This document shows, piece after piece, positions 39,119-48,922 of a DNA stretch of 64,000 nucleotides. Origin of the DNA: Candidatus Marinacidobacterales bacterium (GTDB lineage: Bacteria; Acidobacteriota; Vicinamibacteria; Marinacidobacterales; DATDRI01). The notes under the pieces were generated by a model. The model saw only the letters and a program-made list of their open reading frames with translations, was not told the origin of the DNA and did no database searches. Location: contig CBDCNP010000002.1 of assembly GCA_965219415.1 (NCBI GenBank), positions 288,001-352,000 of the forward strand. Reading direction: 5' to 3'. The stretch's first letter is position 1; each line of letters opens with the position of its first letter. The position numbers and the translations under genes are program-made.

Positions 39119-40714
39119 CTATCGCCGGATCTCGCGGAGATACCCGTTGATCTCGGGCGCGTCCTCCGCTTGGGGAGCCAACTCTAGGTACCTCTCAAAG
39201 AAATCGGCGGCTCGCCGAGAGTGCCCGTTCCGGTAATAGAGGAGCCCAAGCTCGCGGTAGGGGTCCGCGAATCCGGGCGCGGCGCCGAGCGCAGCATCGT
39301 ATTCCGCAATAGCCCTCTCCACTCCGAGAGGCCCACGTTGATCGCGGTAGATGTTTCCAAGATAGAGATGAGAAACCGCGTCGTGGGGATCTTCTTCGAT
39401 GAGACGAAGGAACGCCGCTTCCGCGAGACGAGCCTCCTCCCGCTCGTAGTATCCGATGGCGTTGTGCCGGCGAGCTCCTCGGATCTTCTGGGAGTACCTT
39501 TCGCGGTTCCAATTCAGTGAAGCCCCGTCAACCCTTCCACGGTATCTCAAGTTGATTTCACGCGTAAGGTTGCTGATGCGAGCTCGGTGCGTCGAATGAT
39601 CGCTGAAGAGCCAGTTCGTGACGGCTTGCTGATCCCTCACATGCTCGTTGAATAGGTGCCAGACCTCCGGTGCCTGAAACGGGTCGTAGCCACTGTCGAA
39701 TACGTAGTGAAGGCCGATACGGTCCGCAGCGTCCTCTTGGTCCCGCCCATGCCCGTTGATGGCGGCGTCTAGCGCAAGCGTCGCCCCGACTTCGAGAAGG
39801 GCTCGCCCGAGCGAAACCTCCGCCGAATCTCCTTGGGTCTGTTCCATTCCCGCGCCGGCAACTGCCGCGCTGAGCGCCAACCACTGCATCCTCTGCGCCC
39901 GCCGGTACCCGCGGTAGCTATGCTTGTGAGTGATATGGGCGATCTCGTGCCCGAGTACGGTCGCGAGCTGCGCTTCGTTCTCGAGAACCACCAGGAGCCC
40001 GGTGTGCACCAAGACCGTTCCATCTGGCATGGCGAAGGCGTTGATGTCGGGATCGTCCACGATCCGGAAGCTGAATCGCACCTGCTCAGCTTTCGTCCAG
40101 TCCGGAACCAAACTCTGGCCCACCCGATTCACGTACTCCTGGAGGGCCGGCTCATCGTGGAACACGAGCTTCTCCTTGAGCTCCTCGATTTCATGGGACG
40201 CTAAGGCGAGAAAGTCGCGCTCTCCCGGCTCGAGGCCAGCCGCTCTCAGCTCGACGTGCTCTAGTTGGATGGAACCATCGTCCAGAAGCGTCCCAGCACC
40301 CCGGACGTGCATCCCGGGGGCCGCCACTTCGTTGAACCCCGGTGGCCAGTGCACAGTGCGACCACCGACTTCCGCGCTGCCGTCTCCACTCGCTTCGACC
40401 AAACCGTCGACTCGAAGCTCCTTGAATCGCTCGGTCTGGATTTCGAGCTTGCTAGCCCAGAGCTCGTTCCGTTTGGATTCTCCCTCGACGGCAACCTCCC
40501 AGCCGATACGAAGATGAGTGGGCTGAATGTCCGGATCGTTGAGGCGCTCTATGCGCGTGGTCGAAAGAAGGTGGACGTCTACCCCCTCCACTACGATGGT
40601 CGCTCCTCGGACGTCCCAAATGTAGCCATGAAGCTTCTCGGCTTCGGACGGCGTCGCGAAGACCGTGGAAGCGATCGCGAGCCAAACGGCTGTTGTTAAG
40701 AGTTTCAAGCTCAT
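39119..40714 (-). CDS. M48 metalloprotease with N-terminal DUF5666-like domains and C-terminal TPRs
   Basis: INAFAMPDG, HEIAH, EDAADRIG, TPR repeats; signal peptide. Confidence 0.9.
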   Translation of the reverse strand: MSLKLLTTAVWLAIASTVFATPSEAEKLHGYIWDVRGATIVVEGVDVHLLSTTRIERLNDPDIQPTHLRIGWEVAVEGESKRNELWASKLEIQTERFKELRVDGLVEASGDGSAEVGGRTVHWPPGFNEVAAPGMHVRGAGTLLDDGSIQLEHVELRAAGLEPGERDFLALASHEIEELKEKLVFHDEPALQEYVNRVGQSLVPDWTKAEQVRFSFRIVDDPDINAFAMPDGTVLVHTGLLVVLENEAQLATVLGHEIAHITHKHSYRGYRRAQRMQWLALSAAVAGAGMEQTQGDSAEVSLGRALLEVGATLALDAAINGHGRDQEDAADRIGLHYVFDSGYDPFQAPEVWHLFNEHVRDQQAVTNWLFSDHSTHRARISNLTREINLRYRGRVDGASLNWNRERYSQKIRGARRHNAIGYYEREEARLAEAAFLRLIEEDPHDAVSHLYLGNIYRDQRGPLGVERAIAEYDAALGAAPGFADPYRELGLLYYRNGHSRRAADFFERYLELAPQAEDAPEINGYLREIRR

Positions 40715-40802
40715 TGGGAAGAGAACTTGACCGATGGTAGCACTGGCGGGAACACTCGCCAAGCCATGGCGTGAGAGAAAGCTCACTGAAGATGACAGAG
40801 GC

Positions 40803-40833
40803 AAAAAAAGAGGGAGCAAGTTGCTCCCTCTTT
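40803..40833 (-). terminator. Rho-independent terminator
   Basis: GAGGGAGCAA-c-TTGCTCCCTC hairpin followed by T7 on the minus strand, after gene 40874-41227. Confidence 0.75.
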
Positions 40834-40873
40834 CTCTCTAGTCGTTGAGAAAAGTCGGCTGAATGAGCCGCGG

Positions 40874-41227
40874 TTAATTCGAATCGTCGTCGTCGGGCGT
40901 GGTAACCGACACCACCTTGATCGTGTTGGTCTCCTTGTCGAACTCTCCCGATATAACGATTTCTTGACCAAGGTTCTTCTTGGCGTCGTCTGCTTCGACA
41001 TCCAGAATGAAGTAAGCTTCTTTCGTTGCCAACGCCCACTTGGCGCCGCGCTTCACGCAGCTCTCCGCACAACCCTGATGTTCGGCCTTCGCAACCTTCG
41101 CATAATCCTTACCGCAATGCTCGTCCGCGATCCAGCCGTTCCAGGTGCCCTTCTCCTCGGATGCGCTGCCTAAGGCAACGAAACCGGACAGCAGCAAAAC
41201 AGATAGCGCCACGCTCGTCCACTTCAT
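40874..41227 (-). CDS. Small secreted protein with Cys/His motif (DxxC...H..CxxxC), OB-fold-like
   Basis: Signal peptide; GWIADEHCG..HQGCAESCV; GGAGG RBS; own terminator. Confidence 0.8.
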   Translation of the reverse strand: MKWTSVALSVLLLSGFVALGSASEEKGTWNGWIADEHCGKDYAKVAKAEHQGCAESCVKRGAKWALATKEAYFILDVEADDAKKNLGQEIVISGEFDKETNTIKVVSVTTPDDDDSN

Positions 41228-41335
41228 GAGTTGTTACCTCCAGGAACCGGGCTCCAGCATACTCACGTCGTACCACCCTGTCAAGCAAAACCGGACTCTT
41301 GGATAAAGGGGATCACGGGAGCTAGTGCCCTGACA

Positions 41336-42283
41336 CTAGCCCGAGGATTCGTTCGCTACCGCGCTCTTGAGGTTCGGGGGAACGGTCCAGCGGCGCCCCA
41401 ATCGTACGCAAATGTCACGCATGGGAGGTTTCGAAAAAAGCGGCAGTTGCCCTGGACCGGGCGCCAGCCCAGTGAACGTGAGGGAGATACCGACCACCGG
41501 CTCTTCCCGGCTCGTATAGGATCGAAGGAGGCTTCGTGCGGGGACTTCGAGCTCGATATGGCCCGACGTAGGATGGGGCAACAAACTGTAACGCTCCAAA
41601 GACACTCCATCGCGATAGACGAGGGCCAGTTCCACGCCCCGTGCACCGATTCTCAACTGCTGGAGCTTCTTCGAGGCGCGCCGGCAAAGCAGGCTCACCG
41701 CCCTTTCGAGCCGATTGCTTCGAGACCAGTCGGGCCGGTTTTCTCTGCCTCGAACCAGTTTCATCAGCCTCGCCGCTTCTAGTCCGAGGAGGGCCCGGGC
41801 CTCGTCATCAGTAAGCGCCGCCATCTGGCCCAAAGTCGTCATGCCGCGGCGACGGAGCGCGGCCGCCTGGACAGGCCTGAGCTCATCCAACTCTTCCAAC
41901 GCGACTGTCGATGTGAACTGGGGCTCATAGCACGAGGAGACCGCGCGGCCTCGCCAGGCGAGACGAGATTCTGGCTGCGAGCCGAGTCGCGGCTATGCCA
42001 ACAGACGAGTCGAGAAAGATGGATTGGCGGATGCCGTCGCGCAGCCGCTCTGCCCAGTCCATGTTCAGCATGTTCATGCCGCTGGAATTGCTGGGCGCAG
42101 TCGACGACAGAAGCACTGCATCATCTGCAGAAGGTCTTTCCCAACCATGGCCATGACGCCCCAGACATTGCTCAAAGCGCTCGGCTCTGGCTAGGAGCGC
42201 TTCGAGCGTCTGCCCCCCCTCCGGCGCTCCTCGAAGAAGTTATCGAGGGTGACGTGCGCCACCTGCTGTTTCTCGCGTTTCAT
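41336..42283 (-). CDS. Shortened, catalytically degenerate Y-family DNA polymerase (ImuB/DinB-like); frameshifts near 42215 and 41930
   Basis: HVTLDNFF, ERPSADDA, SVGIAATRLAARISSRLARPRGL, HhH segment, little finger, clamp motif QLPLF. Confidence 0.75.
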
Positions 42284-42311
42284 TGGAGCGCCTACGGTCA
42301 AACAGCGCGCA

Positions 42312-42632
42312 CTAGTGAACTGGTTTCTTGCCCCAACCGACGTTCGAGTACGAGTCTTGATAGATCCGCATATTTTCCTGCAAGGCCGCGGTCAAGGCGG
42401 GAATGAACTGAACCGGGACGACAACCTTGGCTTTTATCGGGGCTTCCACGACATGAGTCGATCCATCTGGCGCCTTCTTGAACTCACGTTCTTCGATAGG
42501 AAGCATCTCGCAAAAGGTCAGCGTAAAATCGAAAGGGGTGTGGGTAATGGCACAGAAATTGGCGTAGATCCGTCCGGTCGGTTCGGTTTCTTTTGGAACC
42601 ACCGTGAAGTTGATCTGTTTCTTTTGTTCCAT
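42312..42632 (-). CDS. DUF3467-domain protein
   Basis: IYANFCAITHTPFDFTLTF...LQENMRIYQ pattern; GGAGA RBS. Confidence 0.8.
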   Translation of the reverse strand: MEQKKQINFTVVPKETEPTGRIYANFCAITHTPFDFTLTFCEMLPIEEREFKKAPDGSTHVVEAPIKAKVVVPVQFIPALTAALQENMRIYQDSYSNVGWGKKPVH

Positions 42633-42671
42633 ATGGTCTCCTTTGGCTTGGTTTGGCCGGCATTCGGCCGC

Positions 42672-43280
42672 TCAGTATTTTCTCATCAGGCCGATCACGA
42701 CACCCTGGATCTTGACTTCCTCTTCCTTTACGATGATTGGCTTCATTGTGGGGTGGGCTGGCTGCAGCCGAATTTGCCCTTTCTCCCGATAGAATTTCTT
42801 GAGAGTGGCGTTCTCCCCTGCCAAGAGGGCTACCACCATTTCTCCGTTCCGGGCAGAGTTGCGGTTCTCAACGATCACGTAATCCCCATCGCGAACCTGA
42901 TCCTCGACCATCGATTCGCCTTTCACCTTCAGCACGAAGACGTCTCGCCGACCGATCATGTCTTCTGGCACCGCCACGATTTCGTTCGTGCGGATGGCCT
43001 CGATGGGCTGCCCGGCAGAAATCAAGCCCACCAGGGGCACGTCACGGGCTTCGGATTTGGGCTGGGAAGCCACCACCTCGATGGCTCGGGCCCGGTTCCA
43101 GTGACGATGAATCAGGCCTTTCTCTTCGAGATGAACGAGGTGTTTGTGAATCGTCGAAATCGAGTTCAGCTTGAAATGTTGGCTGATCTCAACCAAGCTG
43201 GGGGCATAGCCGTTCTTCCGTATGGACTCGCCGATGTGATCCAGGATTTGTTTCTGGCGTTTGGTTAGAATCATGGACAT
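42672..43280 (-). CDS. lexA: SOS repressor LexA
   Basis: LTKRQKQIL, GYAPS, RARAIE, cleavage site SAGQP, catalytic GESM and TLKK. Confidence 0.97.
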   Translation of the reverse strand: MSMILTKRQKQILDHIGESIRKNGYAPSLVEISQHFKLNSISTIHKHLVHLEEKGLIHRHWNRARAIEVVASQPKSEARDVPLVGLISAGQPIEAIRTNEIVAVPEDMIGRRDVFVLKVKGESMVEDQVRDGDYVIVENRNSARNGEMVVALLAGENATLKKFYREKGQIRLQPAHPTMKPIIVKEEEVKIQGVVIGLMRKY

Positions 43281-43295
43281 CTCTCCCGTGTATGC

Positions 43296-43366
43296 ATCCT
43301 ATTTAACGAAATAAAAACGAAAATGCAAGGGAAATTTATAGTAAATTTACGTGTTATAAATAGGAT
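43296..43366. promoter_or_regulatory. AT-rich divergent promoter with candidate LexA operator
   Basis: Direct repeat AACGAAA at 43305 and 43316 (GAAA-N7-GAAA); inverted repeat ATCCTATTTA / TAAATAGGAT at the two ends. Confidence 0.55.
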
Positions 43367-43396
43367 TCAGGGCGTTTCGAATTGGGAAGGTTTACA

Positions 43397-43738
43397 TTGG
43401 AGAACGAGCTAGCGAAGTTGGAGTGTGTCCCGTGCCGCGGTGGCACCCCCCCCGTCCAAGGGGATGAGCTCAAAGAGCTTGAGCGAAAGCTTGGCGGCCA
43501 CTGGCGGACCGTCGACCAACATCACCTGGAGAAAGAGTTTCCATTCAAGGACTTCCGGGAGGCCCTGGCCTTCACCAACCAAGTAGGAGACCTGGCCGAG
43601 GCCCAGGGGCACCACCCTGATCTCTATTTGGCCTGGGGGAGGGTCAAGCTCACTATATGGACCCACAAGATCGATGGCCTGACGGAAAGCGACTTCATCT
43701 TGGCGGCCAAAGTGGATGAGCTTCCGGCGGCTGGCTAG
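43397..43738 (+). CDS. 4a-hydroxytetrahydrobiopterin dehydratase (PCD)
   Basis: CVPCRGG, HHPDL, WTHKIDGLTESDFILAAK. Confidence 0.93.
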   Translation: MENELAKLECVPCRGGTPPVQGDELKELERKLGGHWRTVDQHHLEKEFPFKDFREALAFTNQVGDLAEAQGHHPDLYLAWGRVKLTIWTHKIDGLTESDFILAAKVDELPAAG

Positions 43739-43744
43739 GTCGCT

Positions 43745-44581
43745 CTAGAGGGTCGGGACCCCCGACCGTCGCCGCCCGACCGGAAATGCCTTCTCGAGTT
43801 GGTCCAGCTCGGCTTCGGATAATTCGACATCAGATGCTTGGTGGTTCTCATCCACGTGATCAGGGTTCGAGCTCTTCGGGATCGTGAACAGGCTCTCATG
43901 TCGAGTCAAGAACGCGAGCGCAACCTGACGCGAGCTCGCGCCTCGCGAGCTCGCGACCTCCCCGAGCACCTTGGCTGTCTCGCCACGCGAAGCGAAACGG
44001 CCAGAGTAAAAAGGGCTGTAGCCAACCACGGTCACACCATGTTCTTCACACCAAGGCAAGACCTGCCGCTCGATGGTTCTTTCCTGGAGGTGGTAGAGCA
44101 CCTGGTTGCACGCGATCTTGTTCGGGCCGGCTAGGCGCACCGCCTCTTCGAGCCCCTGAGCATCGAAATTACTCACGCCGTATGAGCGAATCTTCCCGCC
44201 TGCGATCAGTTCTTCGAAAGCCTTGATGGTTTCCTCTAAAGGATGGCTCCCCGGCCAATGAAGCAGGTAGAGATCGAGATAGTCGGTGCCGAGCCGCTTC
44301 AGGCTGGCTTCACAAGCGCGCAGCGTCCCGCGGTGGGACGCGTTGCCGGGCATGACCTTGGAGGCCAGAAAGGCGTCGGCGCGACGGCGATCGATCGCTT
44401 CACCGACCAAGCGCTCCACTCTTCCATCGCCATACATTTCCGCGGTATCGATGTGGTTCATCCCCAAGTCGAGACCGCGTTTTAGTGCGCGCACCGCTTG
44501 GGCCGCATCGTCTCGCTCCAAGTTCCAAGTGCCCTGCCCAACAATGGATACCCGGGCGTTGCCCAGCTTGCGAAATTTCAC
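43745..44581 (-). CDS. Aldo/keto reductase
   Basis: GQGTW, IDTAEMYG, DLYLLHWP, GVSNF, IPKS. Confidence 0.95.
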   Translation of the reverse strand: MKFRKLGNARVSIVGQGTWNLERDDAAQAVRALKRGLDLGMNHIDTAEMYGDGRVERLVGEAIDRRRADAFLASKVMPGNASHRGTLRACEASLKRLGTDYLDLYLLHWPGSHPLEETIKAFEELIAGGKIRSYGVSNFDAQGLEEAVRLAGPNKIACNQVLYHLQERTIERQVLPWCEEHGVTVVGYSPFYSGRFASRGETAKVLGEVASSRGASSRQVALAFLTRHESLFTIPKSSNPDHVDENHQASDVELSEAELDQLEKAFPVGRRRSGVPTL

Positions 44582-44607
44582 GGAGCCTCCGTTGGGGACG
44601 AGTCTAC

Positions 44608-45471
44608 CTAATTTGGAGGATGCGGAACTGCCCGTCCAAGATACGCTGGGCCACGGCCAAGAAAGTCGCCAGACGGCGGCCCTGCGAACGGCGCGGGGGG
44701 GGCGGCGGGGCTAGGCTTCGACGACGGTGTGAGGAGAACGCTACGCATCAAGCGCAGGCGGGCGTTCTCGATGGCGACCGAGGCATGCTGGGCGAAGATG
44801 GTCACCATTCGCATGTGGTAGTCGGTGAATTTCTGGTCTGACTCGTCCGTAACGATCCCTACGTTGAGGACGCCCAAGACGCTGTCTCGCAACTGCAGGG
44901 GTGCAGAGATCGAATAGCGGACGGGTGTCTTGTGGTCGACGAGAGATTGGAATCGCTCGTCCTGCGAGGCCGATCCACTCAAGAGCACCGGCTTGCGATG
45001 CTCAATGACCCACCCTGCGACGCCATCACCGATTCGCTGCTTGGTTTCAGCGATGACGTGGTGGTTGATTCCCTCCGCGGCAGCGATGACCAGGTGTTCT
45101 TCATCTTCGTCGAGCAACATCAACGAGCCCCGGTTGCCACCAACCAGTTCCAGCCCGGCGCTCAGCACTGCAGCGAACGTCCGCTCAGGACTGGCGCTTG
45201 CATTGACGGTGCTGATCGCGCGATAGAGTCCCGAAAGCTCTTTGAGTCGCGCCTCGAGGTCGGCCGATTTGTCCTGCTGATCGGAAAGCTCTTTGCTGAT
45301 CTCAACCTGCTGCTTCCTTAGACGCCGTTCCTTACCGACTGCATAAAGACAAGAGAGAAGGGCGAGCACCGTCAACACCGAAATCGTGTCGGCAGGATAT
45401 TGGTGGTACGACATATAAGTAATGGCGGCCAGCAGGACCAAGAAGATCCACAGCACAAAGTGGAAGAGCAT
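44608..45471 (-). CDS. Membrane-anchored GAF-domain protein with no output domain
   Basis: Two TM segments, a coiled coil and a GAF domain (GDGVAGWV, SAPL..LGVLNV, AIENARL). Confidence 0.85.
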   Translation of the reverse strand: MLFHFVLWIFLVLLAAITYMSYHQYPADTISVLTVLALLSCLYAVGKERRLRKQQVEISKELSDQQDKSADLEARLKELSGLYRAISTVNASASPERTFAAVLSAGLELVGGNRGSLMLLDEDEEHLVIAAAEGINHHVIAETKQRIGDGVAGWVIEHRKPVLLSGSASQDERFQSLVDHKTPVRYSISAPLQLRDSVLGVLNVGIVTDESDQKFTDYHMRMVTIFAQHASVAIENARLRLMRSVLLTPSSKPSPAAPPAPFAGPPSGDFLGRGPAYLGRAVPHPPN

Positions 45472-45506
45472 GCTTCTCGCGTTGTCAAGCCTCGTTCGAA
45501 ACGCGC

Positions 45507-45911
45507 TTATATTACATGTATCAAGACATGTCGGTTGCTGCCTCGACGGCGGTGCTCCCAGAGGAAAATCCCCTGCCAGGTACCGAGCCCCAGTTGGCCC
45601 CCGACGACCGGGACCGAGATGCTGGTTGCGGTGAGCGCCGCCTTGATGTGAGACGGCATATCATCAGGGCCTTCCGCGGTGTGCGTAAAGAGCGCATCGT
45701 CTTCCTTGACGAGACGATTGAGCCAGTTTTCTAGGTCGCGACCGGCGGCCGGGTCCGCATTTTCTTGAATAACCAGGCTCGCCGAGGTGTGTTGCACCAT
45801 GACGGTGCAGAGCCCGTCGCCCACACCGGCCTCACGCACTACGGCCTCGACCTGGTCTGTGATCTCGTGCAGGCCTTGGCCTCTCGTCGTAACAGTGATG
45901 CGCTTGGCCAT
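45507..45911 (-). CDS. yjbQ: YjbQ/UPF0047 secondary thiamine-phosphate synthase family
   Basis: HTSASLVIQENADP, EGPDDMPSHIK, LGTWQGI. Confidence 0.92.
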   Translation of the reverse strand: MAKRITVTTRGQGLHEITDQVEAVVREAGVGDGLCTVMVQHTSASLVIQENADPAAGRDLENWLNRLVKEDDALFTHTAEGPDDMPSHIKAALTATSISVPVVGGQLGLGTWQGIFLWEHRRRGSNRHVLIHVI

Positions 45912-45927
45912 GCGTAGAGCGGCTGGA

Positions 45928-46843
45928 TTAGCGGAGAAGATCGTCAATAAATAGTAGCACCGAGCTCAGCATATCCTCTCCGACGGAGTGCTTGATCTGG
46001 AGCGGGAGCTCGACGTTGGCGTAATTTACCGGCTCCATGGGGATGCCTGCCCGAAACACACCCATTGGATACTCCTTACGCTGGCTTCGAGTCTGCTCCT
46101 CTTCCCGCTTCGCGATCCGTCGACTGTGCTCCAGGCCGCCACTGGAAATGTAGTCCCCTATCTTTCCCAGCTCGTCGCCCATCGAGCCAAACTCCATCCT
46201 TGCGGCACTCGTCGATGATGACCCCGCTCGCTCGCATGAAGTTACGCCGATGCATATGGATGCCACAAACCGGGCACTTCATATACATCACTCGGGTCTG
46301 CCCCTTCCCCAGCTTGGACAGTATGGGGCTGGTCCCCTTCCCTCGCCGATACTCTTCGTTGCCGCGCTGCGTCTGCTGCCGAACAATGCCGGAGAAGGCG
46401 TTGGCTTCGACCCACATTCCGGAACACGATGGGCATTCGTCCACAGTGAAGTCTCCGACCTTGCGGTTGACGAGCTTCGGCTTGCGGCAGCGTGGACAAG
46501 TCAGCTTCCCCGTCTTCACGTCCAGCGCTGCGGGGTTGAGCGGCTTGCCACAACTCGCGCAGAACTTGCTCTTCCTCGGCGTCCGACGTAGGCAGAGAGG
46601 GCATACCAGGCTCAGCTTCGCCGAGTCCATCGTGGGAACGGCGCCGCAATATTGGCAAGGAGTCTGGTTGGCGGCGCGCGAGGCACCGCAGTTCCGACAG
46701 TGGGCGACCTCCGGCGTGTACGAACGCGGTCGTGGGACTTCCATAACGAAGTTGCAGGCACAGCGCAGCTTTTGGCCGACACGATAACGGCTCACGTCCC
46801 ACTGACGCTTGCACTCCTGGCAGGCAATTAGCTTGTTCGCCAT
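45928..46843 (-). CDS. Multi-zinc-ribbon (zf-TFIIB/DZR) protein; frameshift near 46180
   Basis: About ten CxxC-type motifs; IDECRKDGVWLDGDELGKI after correction. Confidence 0.8.
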
Positions 46844-46901
46844 TTTTTCCTAAGAAGGGATCAATGAATGATATCAAACGATTCGGAGGACCGGAAAGTC
46901 G

Positions 46902-47534
46902 TCACGCCCGCTCTTCGGAACCTTCATGCCAGGCTTCCAAACCCTCGCGGACAATCAGGGGTACCAGAACCAAGGCGGCAAGCGGATCCGCCCAATCCCA
47001 ACCGAACCAAGCGTTGAGCACAAGCCCCGATAGAGTGGTCAGGGACAACCACGCGCAGGCGATCGTCTCGTAGGCGTCTGCGCGGAGGGCACTGCTCCCC
47101 AACTCGCGGGCGGTCCTCAGTTTCGCCCAGCCGAGAAACGGCATCACGACGAGCGAGACAGAGGTCAAGACGATCCCTACGATGCTTTCGTCGGCAGGGC
47201 TTCCGTAACCAAGCAGTCGACGTCCCGCATCCAAGACGATATACGCCGACAACACCAGCAACAAAGCACCGGCGATCCGTGATGCCCGTCGCTCCATGGC
47301 TTCCGTTCTTTCCGGTGAGCCACCTCGAAGCTCTTGGCGAAGCCGCCACCCCACCACCACGCCGCTGACCGTTTCCACCAAAGAGTCCAAACCAAAACCG
47401 AGAAGAGCGACCGACCCGGCGACGGTGCCCGCCGCCAGGGCGATGACTGCCTCCAGGATGTTCCAGGAGACGGTGACGATCGCGAGCCGCCAACCCCTGA
47501 CCAAAAGCTTCCGGCGCGACTGCGATTCAGGCAC
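46902..47534 (-). CDS. Cation efflux (CDF-like) transporter
   Basis: ALLGFGLDS, ALRADA, WADPLAAL; GTG start overlaps the upstream stop. Confidence 0.88.
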   Translation of the reverse strand: MPESQSRRKLLVRGWRLAIVTVSWNILEAVIALAAGTVAGSVALLGFGLDSLVETVSGVVVGWRLRQELRGGSPERTEAMERRASRIAGALLLVLSAYIVLDAGRRLLGYGSPADESIVGIVLTSVSLVVMPFLGWAKLRTARELGSSALRADAYETIACAWLSLTTLSGLVLNAWFGWDWADPLAALVLVPLIVREGLEAWHEGSEERA

Positions 47535-48058
47535 TAGGATTTTTCCAGAGTCTCCGGAGCGTCCGAAGTACAGGGCTCGAGGCGCCCTGAATGGAACCAT
47601 CGTCTCAAGCAACGGAGATCGTAGAGACGGTAGTGGGTGGCAAGCCACAAAACGGCGGTGAAACCAATTGCTTCGGTAGTGAGGTTGTACGGGTTCAGTA
47701 CGCTATAGACCCAATCATCCAGGGGGAGCTCGCGATAGCCGAAGGTTCCGGTGAACGGCCACATAGCCGTCCAAGGACGCATCCACATTCGATCGCAGAG
47801 CTGGTGAATCCAAAGTGCAAGCGGGTAAACGAGTGGCTTTCTGAGGGCAACGAGAACCAACGTCAGGAGGAGATTGACGAGAAGCGAGTGGAAGTACACG
47901 CGGCCATTGTTGATGGTCTCACGAAAGATGACGAGGCCGAGTGGCTTGTCGATTAGATCCGCTAGAAGGGCAAAGAAGACTACCCACCGGAGATCCACCT
48001 TCGGTGTTGCCCAACGCGCCGGCAGAGCGGCAGATGCAATGTGTCCCAGTACCAGCAT
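47534..48058 (-). CDS. Membrane-bound metal-dependent hydrolase (YdjM-like)
   Basis: GH, LLADLIDKP, FHSL, HQLCD motifs. Confidence 0.8.
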   Translation of the reverse strand: MLVLGHIASAALPARWATPKVDLRWVVFFALLADLIDKPLGLVIFRETINNGRVYFHSLLVNLLLTLVLVALRKPLVYPLALWIHQLCDRMWMRPWTAMWPFTGTFGYRELPLDDWVYSVLNPYNLTTEAIGFTAVLWLATHYRLYDLRCLRRWFHSGRLEPCTSDAPETLEKS

Positions 48059-48156
48059 TCAATCGCGCGCCATTCTATGGCTTCACGGGTGTTTGTCAAT
48101 CGACGGCGCGCCGCACCCCCGGGCACTCCTGAGATACTATGGATGGAGACGGAGCT

Positions 48157-48789
48157 ATGAAAGGAACAATTCTTTTTGCCCTAGCGCTCGCCTCGCTCCA
48201 ACCCATCCAATCCACCTACTTGCCCGCGAGTTATCGCAGTGGCGAGGTACCGGTACAGCCTCCTCGAGTACCAGAGGGTGGCCGGGTACTCTTGGAGCTG
48301 ACGGTCGGAGACGATGGCAAAGTAGTCAAGGGGCACACGCTCCGATCGACGCCACCCTTCACAGAGCTCCTGGTAGACGCGGTTCGTCTCTGGAGATTCC
48401 AGCCCGCCGAAGAGCGAGGGAAAGAGGTCGAATCTGCGGTGTTGGTCGCTGGCTTGTTCCGGCCACCAACTCTGGAGGGCCCGGCCTTGGGAGAGCCACC
48501 GAAGGACGTCACGCCGCCATCGAACATGATTCCGATGCCCTACACACTGGTGCCGGCTGAATATCCGCCAGGAGCACTTGGAGACGGCGTGGTGCTCGTT
48601 GAAATCATCGTGGAGCACGATGGGACAGTCGGAGCGGCTCGGGTCCTACGTTCGTCGGCGGCCTTCGACAAAGCGGCTACCGTTGCCGTTCTCCAATGGA
48701 AGTTCCGCCCCGCTCGCCGGGACGGGACGCCAGTACCCTCGTTCGCGTATATCGTCTTCGGGTTTCGGCAACCGCTGACGCCGAAATAG
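48157..48789 (+). CDS. TonB-family protein with two TonB C-terminal domains
   Basis: Two copies of G.V.(L/V)E..V..DG.V ... W(R/K)F.PA; signal peptide. Confidence 0.85.
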   Translation: MKGTILFALALASLQPIQSTYLPASYRSGEVPVQPPRVPEGGRVLLELTVGDDGKVVKGHTLRSTPPFTELLVDAVRLWRFQPAEERGKEVESAVLVAGLFRPPTLEGPALGEPPKDVTPPSNMIPMPYTLVPAEYPPGALGDGVVLVEIIVEHDGTVGAARVLRSSAAFDKAATVAVLQWKFRPARRDGTPVPSFAYIVFGFRQPLTPK

Positions 48790-48797
48790 TCTGACTT

Positions 48798-48900
48798 AGT
48801 GCGCGCTCACTCCTCGTTCGCGCGCTTGGCGCCTCGCTCCTCGCTCGGCGCACGTTTCGTCGGCCGACTCCGGCCGGGCTCGCTCCGCTCGCGCAGGGTG
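48798..48900. repeat. GC-rich palindromic intergenic element between convergent genes
   Basis: Three similar units: gcgcgctcactcctcgttcgcgcgc, gcgcctcgctcctcgctcggcgc and gctcgctccgctcgc. Confidence 0.45.
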
Positions 48901-48922
48901 CCGTGAATCAGTTAGCACCCTG

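Noticed and set aside
1285-43268. Long antisense or alternate-frame ORFs (1285-2154, 7049-7897, 17896-19035, 28708-29469, 42249-43268 and others)
   Set aside because: They shadow well-supported genes on the opposite strand, as expected in high-GC DNA, and carry no motifs.
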